From contig NMRA01000203.1 of the NCBI GenBank assembly GCA_002633005.1, forward strand, positions 501,242-565,241: a DNA stretch of 64,000 nt. Reading direction: 5' to 3'. The position numbers and the translations under genes were made by a program. Below the pieces are notes generated by a model. It worked only from the letters and a program-made list of their open reading frames with translations. It did no database searches and had not been told where the DNA came from. Shown here one piece after another: positions 1-12,300 of the stretch (within the stretch, counting starts at the first letter, position 1; each line of letters opens with the position of its first letter). This DNA comes from Phoronis australis (lineage: Eukaryota > Animalia > Phoronida).

Positions 1-445
1 TGTCTACAAGAAGGCCGTCTGGTTCGGTAGTCGGTTTACCGCGAATAGGCCAGTACGCGGCATCGCAGACCAGTGCCACGTGAGGTTTTCACACTTTCTT
101 ACAAGCTCAACTGTCAATGATTGGAGAAGTTTTAAAACAAGTGCAACGTACTTGCGCCGTTTTCAACTTGTGGTCGTCGACAGTTCATTGAACTAACAAG
201 ATATCAATTGGCTCGCCAAAAGTCATTTGAATGTAACACCAGCAAACTGAGTGAGAAATTGAAATATTGGACAGCGTTTGCTGTAAAATACGAACAACAC
301 AGCGTCGAGTCATTGACGACGAACGGCGCAACAGCAGGGAACTCTTATAAGTTCATTTCTCTACTTCACTGCAACAAGTTTACTGGCAAAAATGCTAAGG
401 CAGTGTATTGGCGACACTAGTTGTGCTTTGCTCAACAACAGGTAA
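1..445. promoter_or_regulatory. CpG-enriched promoter-like segment, possibly of a neighbouring gene
   Basis: Local CpG excess, CACGTG at 77, several ATTGG boxes, TTTGAA at 226 and CAG|gtaata at 441; direction unresolved. Confidence 0.3.
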
Positions 446-1005
446 TATTTGTTCACAAAAGTGCATGTATTGAGACGCTGGCTGTGATATGTAAATATAA
501 CGTTTAATATGAGTGTCAATATGAGTGTCAATATGAGAACTTTAATGAAGCTGGTGCTTGAATGACAGGGACATGTCGCTGTGAAGTTACATGTAAAAGG
601 TTAAAACATCCACTTCCTAAGGAAAAAAATAAATTCTGGCCGTTTCTGCTAGCACAACTTGATCACACGAACCATGGCCATCCGACCAATATTCGTGCCC
701 AGTCAATACTTAAACACAAGGGAAACTGGGGAATTGATAAACAGCACATTACCACATGAATAAGAAACAGACCATACATGACAACTGACGAGACAGCGCT
801 TTCATGTCAGCCTTCACTCATAAGAAATTTCATTAGAGTAAATCACTGCGTATCTTCCGCCCAAAACTATGTAGTTGCAAGGGGAAAATATTCACAAAAA
901 TCCAACAAGCTCTAATGTAGTTTTATTTCAGCTACTTTGTCAACACACAAAAGGTAGGACCCTGATATCAAACCTTTGCTGGCAAAACTAAGCACCTTCG
1001 TTTAA

Positions 1006-1331
1006 AGGGACGATCTCGGAGAAAAGTAATTTAATTAAAGAAATTAGCAGTAACATGGAATCAAACTCACCGGCTCCATAGTAGAAGCCCAACGCTCTGC
1101 CACTGAACCAAATCCTGGGGATTAAATAGTAGAGTATTTCAAGCAATTGGCCTACATTTCAGCGAATGTCTGGCAGACAACTGCAAGAATTAGCGATTTG
1201 TAATAAAATCACAACACAACGGATTTTGCTGTTTTATATCTCTGGTCAAAACTAGTAACTTAAAGAATTCTATCCCATCTAACAATAACCCCAAAAATGC
1301 GTTTTTCATCCATGAAACTGATAAGGTCCCT
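1006..1331. mobile_element. Kolobok-like MITE
   Basis: TTAA-AGGGAC...GTCCCT-TTAA: short TIR with TTAA duplication and AG terminus. Confidence 0.55.
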
Positions 1332-2824
1332 TTAAACGATCTAGTTATACCTAACAGTGCTTTTCTTCATGATCTAGTTTAAACACCATTGACCATACAA
1401 TTAATACTGTTATCATAAAATCACTGCATAATTAGTTACCAAGATATACCTTAGTATTTATACCTGTCACATGCAAAACATTTCTCTCTATTTTCGCCAC
1501 CAATCTTACATCTTGTCATATTTCTAAAGCATGGAATGCTAAGTAGATTACCACCTAGCTGAACAACTTTTACCATGTTGATCACATACAAAATGGAATG
1601 AAACAAATTTTTGGAAGCACTTAGAAATTGCAAAGTTACACATTTAAACGCAGTGGCCAATTGATAATAAGTGGTAAAATAAATTAGTTACAACATAATA
1701 TTTACAATTTCTGCTTCATAAAAAGAAACAATTCGTAAAATAACTACTGTACAGTATTATGGCTCACATAATAATTACAGTACAGTATTATAGCTCACAT
1801 AATCTTCAGAAATTCAAATAAGAGAATTTACTAAAACCTAGAAGGCATGAAATGAACATTTTGCTTCTCTTACAAGGATTTTATTTTTGAAAAAGCTAAA
1901 GGCAAGACTGCAGTATTGTTTTATGTGCAAACTGGTTCCTTGATCAAGAAAAACATATATATGGCCAGCGAAGCAATACTAACAGTAACAGTAACAGTAG
2001 CTCCAAATGTTTTGAACAGGTTAAAGAACTAAATGGTGTATCACTTTTTCAGTGAATAAAACTAAAAAAATCTTGTAAAAAAGTTAAATTTAGTCACACC
2101 ACAGCAAAAACTGTGCAGGAAAGCTGAAAAAAATTTGCAATCAATGGCTAATTTAAACAAAATTAGTGCGGAGAAGGAATTTTATAAATGACTTTAAAAC
2201 ATTGTAAACATTAAGTGTATACACTTGACATGTGCAAGTGACATAACGATTTACAAGAAAGTTGCCATAGAAATAACATATTGGAGTCAACATAAATAAT
2301 ATTGGGACTATACACCAGGAAACAAACCCATAAGGTTTGTGACAAGAACTTTACTTACAACTTATTACATACCCCCATGTTAACCATAAAACCGAACATT
2401 CAAAACAGTATTCTAGACTTCACCATCAACAATTCAACCCTAAAAACCAATACCTTCTAAGCTCATCAAACTCTGTTCCATTTCTACAAAGTTTTAAAGT
2501 ATTCCTTGCAACCCAATCCATTCATTAAGAGTAGTAATGGCAAATAACACGCAGTGAAACTTGCATAAGTTGGAAATTCTTCTAACCTAAACCATGTTTC
2601 GCAGATATTCCATTTCATAACCACCCCCCCCCAAACAAGTCAGCATTTTGCCTTAATCTGATAAAACCACTCAACCTGATTGGATTTGGCTTATGTAGGT
2701 CTTATAGTATGCCAATGTAGCAAAAATGATAAGGTGTGGAATGTTTCAAACATTTTTAAAATGCACATTTTCACTCACACTTTCATACGGCAAACGTGGA
2801 CGTATTTGACATCTTGATTGTAAT

Positions 2825-3394
2825 TTAATAGTCATCATTGTCTGATAAAGGAGGTGTTCTTGTGATGAACTTTTTTCTAAACTCATCATCAGACAGCGAC
2901 AGAGGTGGTGGAGTTCTATCTCCTTTTGTAGAAGAGCTCACTCTGTGCTCATATGCATCTTTTGCAGATTCAAACAAAGAGTCTTTTTGATTATCTGTGG
3001 TTGACAGAACAGAATCACTTGCTGAATGTGTTGCCTGAGACAAATATTCCCTTTTGTATGTCGATGGTGAAAACCGAACAGTTGACTTATCTCGACCGTT
3101 GTGTTCCGAAGCATTTTTAGATCTAAGAATTCCCGAGTTTGTCCGTTCACGTCGAGATCTCTTGTCACTTCTTGTTTGAGATTTAGAGGTTGCTAAGTCA
3201 TGTGTGGTTAAGTCTGGTGGTTCAATGTCACTTAAATCTAAGCTGTCGCCACCATGTGATATCCGATGCGCTGGATACCTGTCGTCACTAGAAATGTCCC
3301 TTGTAGGGGGTGTTGCAATATATCGTTGACTTACTCGAAGGGGTGATAAACTGGCCAGTTGAGCGGCATGCAGTTCTGACTCTAACCTGTCTTC
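2825..3394 (-). CDS. CEP128: CEP128-like terminal coding exon 29 (S/D/R-rich tail, stop TAA)
   Basis: Acceptor tttttttcag|GAAGAC; open for 189 aa to PPLSDNDDY*; followed by AT-rich 3'UTR-like sequence. Confidence 0.85.
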   Translation of the reverse strand, partial: EDRLESELHAAQLASLSPLRVSQRYIATPPTRDISSDDRYPAHRISHGGDSLDLSDIEPPDLTTHDLATSKSQTRSDKRSRRERTNSGILRSKNASEHNGRDKSTVRFSPSTYKREYLSQATHSASDSVLSTTDNQKDSLFESAKDAYEHRVSSSTKGDRTPPPLSLSDDEFRKKFITRTPPLSDNDDY

Positions 3395-6300
3395 CTGAAA
3401 AAAATGAAACCATGATCCTAAAGTATGTCTCTCAGCCAGCTCAAATGAATGAAGACATGATCCTCCATGGAGCAAGGAACAGGATGCTTTCCAATCTACA
3501 GTTTAGTGCCAAACACAAATCAAGTCAACATGTGTGCATTACAAGCAGAAAGTCATTAGGGAACACAGGACTTTGTTGTAATAAAAGAATAACACTACAG
3601 ATGTCTCCTTGACATGACTACAAGAGATCTACCTGCCATACTTGTTTGTATACTTTCCTGCACCACATTTAGTTATCATGTTACCATTCATATTTTTTTA
3701 TTTTTGTAACTTAATTGAGGAGAAAATGAACACAATTTTAAGAAACGCTACCAGAGTGCACAGTAGTTGTTAAGACCGTCTAAAAATTAACTGTGGCATT
3801 GACTGAAAAGTAGCTGGTGAATCAACAGTACTCATATAGTAGTTGGTGAATCAACAGTACTCATATAGTAGTTGGTGAATCAACAGTACTCATATAGTAG
3901 TTGGTGAATCAACAGTACTCATATAGTAGTTGGTGAATCAACAGTACTCATTTACACAACAGTGTGTGACTAACGAGATCATAAACAAAATATTTCAAAT
4001 TCTTCAATCAAGTAAAAAGTGCTTAGCTTGTAACATACAAAAACAACAAAACAGCACTGATGTGCAAGCGAAATTAGTGTTGAGCAATTTCACTCTTTGA
4101 CAATCACGACGTGAAATAAAATGACAGGAAACGTTAAAAGAAAAAATGGAATACTATGAAAGACACTACTAACAGATACATTCAATGGTAATTAGTATGT
4201 AAGCACTCTACTTCCTCATCCATAGATACCAATGACAGAAGAAACAACAGCGATTTACATTTAACAAGGTCATTGCCAGTATTCTTGCAAAACCTCTGCA
4301 TGATTGTTAGATAGGTAGACCACATCTATACAGACCTCTCTAAGTGACAACACAAACACACATGCAACAGATACAAAGCAATGTGAAATGTGTTTCATCT
4401 TTAGATAACTCTAAAAAACTACAGCTGAGATATGGTGACATAGTGGCCTAGCACAAACAAATAAAATGTGTGAAAACTACCGTATACAGTGCGTAATGAA
4501 GAGTCTAATGACTATTCATACACATGAGATTTCTCAAGAGTTTCAAAGCAAGTGTATTAAGGAATGGGCCTGGCCTGTGTCGCATGAGCACGTCTGTGGC
4601 AGTTTAGACTGCGGTCGCCTTCAATCTTTTTTTTACATAATTAATGAAATGCATAAGATCCATGGTGGAAATCACTGAGAAATCTGAGTTTGCACCATAT
4701 ACCTGTTGACTTGCTTTGGTTTTTCAACACAAATAAATTGTTATAGCCTGTTTATATCTCTCATATTCCCTGTTAGTGAATAGATGTATGTTAAATGGAT
4801 ACGCGGATGTGAATGTGTTGGTTGTGGTCATGGATAGCAGTTAAATCCAAGTGCATTAAGAGGTGATGAGAAAGTGGGCAAACAGTAAACCTAATGTTGA
4901 GATGTCTCTTACTGGAGTGAATGATTCAGTCACACTGCAGTTCATAAACAAGCATCCAAAGTCATGTGTGGAATCTTTGCTAAAAAGTGGTTTTCATTCT
5001 AATCAGATTACAACCATGGTGATGAAGTATTAACAGGATTAGATCTTTTTCTTTTTACTTTTGGGTGTACTAAATGTCACTTGGAGAGATCCTGCACAGA
5101 ATGTAATCTGCCCACTTACTGTTCAGAGGTATTGAAAGGAGAAGATTAATTTTAATACAATTCATCTTTGTGTCAAAATTGCTTTTTTGCCATTCCGGAA
5201 TGTGATTAACAAAACACTTAAAACAAAATTACAAACATGTTTTGACGAGTGATAATAAATTCAAAAAATGTTTTGATAGTTAACAGTACAAATGGAATAC
5301 ACTGCTTTACCCTGTTATCTTTGGCTAATTTGGTGGCATCACTCAGTTCTTGTTTTAGAGCACTGACTGTCAGTTGCAATCTAGAAGTCAAACAGAATAC
5401 ACGTACAAATGTTATTAAAATAATATTCAACTAAATAAAGAGAAAGTGTCTTAAAAGCAGAGAACAGGGAACAAGAGCATGCAGAAAATGATAAGCTAAC
5501 TGTGACAAGTTCACTCAGAGCAACGTTAAAAAAGACTTCTCAAGTAGTTAAAATATATAAACTGCAAGAGCAACGCGGAGCGTTGAAATGCACCCAAGAA
5601 TGCATCGCAAATGGTGTGCTTTTATGTCATAAAAATGGCCACTAGTTGGCGCAAAAATGTACAATACATCCGAAAACGGGAACATGTCATTGCTTCTTTA
5701 ATAAAAAGCTATACACCAAATTTCAAAAAAATCTGTCATGGAACTTCAGAGAAACAACGGAAAACAGAATAAAATGAAATTGCAGCTAGGGGGCACACTG
5801 TTCATTGGATCCACCTGAAAGTAGTCATCGTCTGTTGTTAGCTTCATATATATACACTTACTAATTAAATTTAATAAAGATACTGAAGGGGGTTTAGGAG
5901 ATACAGCTATGGGCGCAAAACAAAACAAAACTACCACTAGGAGGCGCCACAGTAGTCAGTTGTTACCGTCAACTGTCCTCTTCACACTGAGAACATATAC
6001 ACCAATTTTCAAAATCATCCTCAGAATGATTTGGTTGATAGAGGGATAGACGCCAAAAACAGACTTGAAAACAGCAAAAATGGCCACTAAGTGGCGCAAA
6101 ATACCTTGATTCCATCCGAAAACGGGAGAATAGCGACATCTCACCAATAGATGCCCCTAAAATTGTCACCAGGGGGCACACCAGTAGTCAGATCCAATCG
6201 AAAATCGTCGTCATCCGTTGTCAATATTATATAAACACACATGTTAAATTTAGTAAAGATCCTGCAAACAGTTTAAGAGGTACAGCCATGGACGAAAAAA

Positions 6301-9300
6301 ACGAAACTGCCACCAGGAGGCTCCACAGTAGTCGAAGTCATCAGAAAATTATCGTCACCTGTCCACTTCATAGTAAAAACACACATGCCAATTTTAACAA
6401 TTATCCTGAAAGCGGTTTGGTTGATAGAGGGGTGGACGCCAAAAAACAGAATCAAAAAAAGGAAATATGGCCACTAGGTAGCGCAAACTAGGTCGAATCC
6501 ATCTGAAAATGGAAAGATAGCGTCACCTCACTAACAGAAGCCAATACACTAAATTTTATGAAAATACGTTGAGGACCTTTGAAGATACAGAGGTAAACGT
6601 AAAAAAATGAAATTACCACTAGGTGGCACACCAGTAGTCAGATCTGTCCAAATGTTGTCGTTGTCGTCCGTTGTCATCATCATATAAATGTACTTAGTAA
6701 ATTTAGTAAAGATCCTGCAAATGGTTTAGAAGATATAGCCATAGGCGCAAAAAAATGCCACTACGAGGTGCCACAGTAGTCGAAGTCATCGGAAAATCAT
6801 CGTCAACCATCCTCTTCATAGTAAGAACATACATGCCAATTTTCACAATCATGCTTAGAGCGGTTTGGTTAATAGAGGGGTGGACGCTAAAAAACGGACT
6901 CGAAAACAGTAAAAATGGCCACTAGGCGACGCAAACTACATCCAATCCATCTGAAAACGAGAGGATACTGTCGTCTCACTAATAGATGCATATATACCAA
7001 ATTTTGTGAAAATATGTTGAGGACCTTTTAAGATACAGACTGAGGTAAACGTAAAAAACTAAAATTGCCACTAGGAGGCACACCGGTAGTCAGATCCGTC
7101 CGAAACTCATGCTGTCCCATCCGTAAAAGTAACACATGTGCAAAATTTCATGAACATACCGTACATCAACAGGTTTTGGAGATAGAGCAGCGGACACAGG
7201 ACGGACGCTGCTCGGACGGATGGACGGACGAACAGAGATGACGGCATAATGCGTCCACATATAAATATGTGGGCGCATAAAAATGGTTTTCATACCAACT
7301 GAAGAGGAAATGAAATTTTTGTTTTTGTTTTTGTAATGTCTTTTTCACAGTTGTGCCCAAATACTTCTAACAGTAGGGAAAGCTTTAATTGAATTTCTTC
7401 TAACAGATTTGATTGACTGGTATTGTTTACGTTTCAAACTCACTTGTTATATCTTTCGTGAATTCTGTTCCGTGCAGTGTCGGACTCCTACAACACATTT
7501 TTAAGGCACTTAAAGCAACATTTAAGGCACTTAAAGCAACATTTTACATTGGACAACCACTTGCAACATTTTAGATTGGACAACCACTTGCAAAATAAGC
7601 CTATAAAGACAGCTGATTCAGTAAAAGCTTATTTAGTGCAAAAAATAAGGAATACTGTGGTTAGGCTACCTATCTTTGTGAAAACATAACAGTGGGTGAA
7701 TGGATGAAACATGTATTGCACATTTTGAAATCTAAGATACTAGGTTATATAAGTGTGACTAAACAAGGGTATTGGCTAAAAGCAAATGTTTAAATATCAG
7801 ACATATAAGCCAGCGAAGCACCCACAACAGCACTTACTTTAAGTTTGTTAAGCTCGTGTAGTATGTCTTGTTTCTCCCTGTCTCTCTCAAAACTTTGGTG
7901 CATGGACTCCTCTCTCACCGTTTCTAACTGGTCTGTTAGGTTGAGCACCTGTTCCTGGTTGGTAGCAAAATTCAAGCTTGCGTAATGCATTTTACAACAA
8001 GGTCAGTCATGACAGATTTTATGTTGCTTATTGAAACCCATGTTACCAGTGACGGTGCTTACAAACGGCCATAATAACAGTTATAACAATTCAGTAATAG
8101 AGCTTAGTCAAGTGAACTTAATCATATATTATACCAAATTGGACACAATTTAAAGGTAAGAAATCACATTGCTTCATGGTAGGTTGAAGATGTGTCAATA
8201 CAAATTCATACTGCTTGGAGTAAAAGTTTTAAGAACAAAATAACAAGTTTAAGATATGGAAAGCAAGTAAGAACATAAGAATAACAAAATAACAACATAA
8301 GGAATAACATACCTCTAGACTCTCAACCTCAGCTTCTTTTTTTCTGCCCAAAAAGTCGAGAGCTAATTGGAGAAAACAGGAGAAAAGTTCTAAAACTCAT
8401 CAAGCAGAAAACAAAACGATGCGAACATGTTGTTATTGATATACAATTATTAATTTTCACTGAGGTCAATAATGTTGTTTTCGAACCCCACAAATGTGAC
8501 ATCTACCATTTTTACCCAAAATGTAGAAATTTTGAAAAAACTTTCAGGAGATGGACAAAGGAACAGTTGATTATATTTTGAGAAAGACACCACGTTTTGC
8601 TGTCACACAACGGTCGTTTTAAAATAAAACAATCAGCAAACGCCAATTTGTTATATCAATGGGATTACAAGCTGTGTGTCAGCATTCTCAGCATGCACGC
8701 CTTAAGCCACTAGTACTAATGATGTGTATTGAAAGTTAGTGCTTGTTAACCTGCACGAATACATAGTGTGACAAGCTAACCTTCAGCCTTTGACACCAAA
8801 CTGTCAGCAACTTGTTTTTGCCGCCCAAGCTCTGTAACCAAAACATTCTTTTCTTTATTTCCAGCAGCAACCGCCTCCCGCAGTTCAATTTTGTACTTGC
8901 GCTTTTGTTCTTGGCGTTCGCGAATGTTTGTTCTTAGCCACTGAAGCTTCTTCTGAATGCAAAAAATTAAATTAATGAAAGCACACTATATAAAATAATT
9001 AATTCAGACAGAAATACAATCATACAGTGGAAAGATGCTTTAATATAAACATTTTCCTAAAGTACAACAAGCTACAAATGCATGACATTTCATCAGAGTG
9101 GAGTTACAATCGTTTCAAGAAAGTCATAAAAATAACACGCTGATGAAAAATATTAAAATGCATCTAGATTCTAACTACCTGGCAACATGTTTTTGTGGTT
9201 TTTGTACAAAACATTATCAGACAAGAGCAATGCGAAGCGTTGAAATGCGCCCACGAAGGCACTGCAAACGGTTTTTCTATAGGTGTTTTTAGTAACCGTA

Positions 9301-12300
9301 AAAATGGCCATTAGATGGCACAGAATGTGTCAAATCCGTCCAAATTGAGAAGGTGGCACTGTCTATGTAATACACAACTATTTGTCAAATTTCATGAAAA
9401 TAAGCCAAGGAGCTCCTAAGATACAGAGGCAATACGTAAAAAACAATTGACACTAGGGGGCACAGTTATAGTCCCATTGGTCTGAAACTCATCGTCATCT
9501 GTTGCTATCTCTATAGAAGCCCATCAGCCAAATTTCGCAAAAATCTTTCAAAGCCTTAAGGAGATACAGCCGTAGATGCAAAAAAAGCAAATTGCCCCTA
9601 AGGAGTGCCAAAAATATTCCGAAAATCAACATCAGCCAGGGTATTCGCATCAGGAATACAATCCTCAATTTTCATATTTTGGCAGATAGAAAGGCAGACA
9701 TTAAAACACATGCAAAAAATTTTAAATGGCCATCAGGTGGCGCAGAAAACATCAGATCTCTCCAAAATAGAAGCCTATTTGTTGACCTTCATGAAGTTAC
9801 GTTTATTTACTGAACTCCGAAGGGGACGTGGTGCTATATGGATAAGTTTGACATTTGCTACCATTTGTCGTCTGCTCAATAGGAGCACATCTTTCAAATT
9901 TCACAAAGCTCCTTCAAAGGGTTCAGGAGATTCAGCTGAACACGCAAAAAAACAAAAAACAAAAATGCCACTAGGGGGAGGGGGGGGGGCGACACAGTGA
10001 CTGGACTCATCCGAAAGTCAACGTCAGTCATAGCCTTCTCATCAGGAACACATCTGTAAATTTTCATAAAGTCCCTTTAAGCGGTATGGCAGATAGGGAG
10101 GCGGATGACAGAAAACAGACAAAAATAACAAAATTGACCACATGGTGGCATAAAATCCGTCGAATCCGACCAAAAATGGAATGGTATCATCACCATCTTA
10201 TTAAAAACATATATGCTGAATTACATAAAAATCCATCTTGGAACTCTAAAGAAGCAAACATAAAAAATAAATTGGCACTGGGGGTCACAGCGAATTCGGA
10301 TCGGTCTGAAACTCACTGACATCTGTTGTCAGCAGCATTGGAACACACTTGTCAAATTTCAGTAAGATCCTGCAAGGAGTTTAGGAGATACAGCAGCAGA
10401 TGCTGGACGCACAGACAGACATGATGACAATATGCACCAACATATTACTATATGGGTACTACGATTCATCTTTACGCGATTCATCTTTACACGATTCATC
10501 TTTACACGATTCATCATTTGATAATTCCACCATCAAGAAAATGTCTCAAACATACATGACCAGTGTCAATTCTGCAGGAATACTGTTTGGCAAATCAGTA
10601 TAAGACGATGACTAACATCAATTAAAAGGTAGTATGACCAGGGCTTGGAATGACCAATGACAAAAAACGCGGAAACTTTTACGGCCCAAATCATGCCTTG
10701 AAATGGTCAATGTGAACCTTTCCTCGACAAAAATCGGGAGATCTAAAAAAAAATTAATAAAAAAAAAACGTTACCACCATCAGTACCTTGCGTCTGCGTC
10801 CTTTTAGCTTTTAGCTCGCCCGTCCGCACTCCCAACCCCACACATTTTTGGCTGCAGAGCGGTAGTATTTGTCGCCGCGCTTAACAATAACACGAGACGC
10901 CATTGAAAATCCCACCACGCTGTCCCAGGTGCCCCGGCAATGTTTACAATTTACGTTCCTCCGAAACATAAAGAGCAACTTCCGCTTTTCGAGGTGAATG
11001 TCGTCTGCGACGCCGCGGTAAGTAAGGAATTTGCCGCGGAAATTTTATATCAAATCCGATTTTTTTACGCGGAAATATTATAAAAAAAGCGGACAGCACA
11101 TTTGAAAAAAGCGGAAATCCGCGTTTCCGCGGAAAATTCCAAGCCCTGATGACTGATGTTTGGGACCTGTTTCATGAAGTGACTAACACTTATGCTCCAC
11201 ACAATTATTTCAGAAACTACATTTATTTAATAACTAATATTTACAGCGATAATTTGTATAAATACTTGGCTAAACGTTTATTCAGAAACAGTGAAGTGGG
11301 AACGTAAGACCAAATTTCTGTCTTAATTCTTCAGTCACTTTTCATGAAACAAACCAGTGGTTTTTTAGAAGTGTTAAGTTTATGATAATGTCCATATGTT
11401 GAGAACTCAGGGCTTTGATAATTAACAACATGCAGAAATTTCACAACTGAAATACAGTATCAAGTGAATCCTCTCAACGTAGTCATCACAAAAAATAAAC
11501 ATGGAACCAATATACTAGAAAGACCCCAGAGAGTGAAGACCCCTGACTAGGCTAACAATCATGGTTTAGAAAATTGGCCCTGCACAGTCACATGTCCTTT
11601 TAATTCAAAGCTGTATCATCATAACACTGATTTTGAAAACTTTTTGCACAAATCCCATAATTGCATTTTTTTGGCTTCTTATTTTCAACATAGACAAACA
11701 GACACACATAGCACGGCAACAACATAACCTTCTTCCAAAACTTACAAAGCAGACTATAATCAACACAAAGGTCTACCCTACCTGCACTGCAGAAAGCCAC
11801 CTGCCCCGGTCTGATGAGAGCGTTTTCAGTGGTGACATCGCCTGAATGCAGAATAACAGAAACATGGCAAAAAGTTAGCTTAGGTTAAGAGTACAATGCT
11901 GAGCTCAATAGAACCAGGAACACTGAATACTTTGACAAATTTGAGAAGCCTCAATATGCTCATCAGGTTCAAATTTTATTTGCAAAACTATTCAGGGCTT
12001 GGAATGACCAATGACAAAAAACGCGGAAACTTTTACGGCCCAAATCATGCACGCTACCCGGCCTTGAAATGGTTGATGTGAACCTTTCCCCGACAAAAAT
12101 CGGGAGGACTAAAAAAAAAAAAAAGCCTTACCACCATCAGTAGCATGCGTCTGCATCCTTTTACCTCGTCCGTCCACTCCCAACCCACACATTTTTGGCT
12201 GCAGAGCCATAGTATTTGTCGCCGCGGTTTACAATAACACGAGACGCCATTGAAAATCCCACCGCGCTATCCCAGATGCCCCGGCAATGTTGACAATTTT

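Noticed and set aside
4700-5120. Possible extra CEP128-like exon in the last intron
   Set aside because: A donor-like site exists at about 4702, but the frames I tried contain stops and the gene model is in phase without it.
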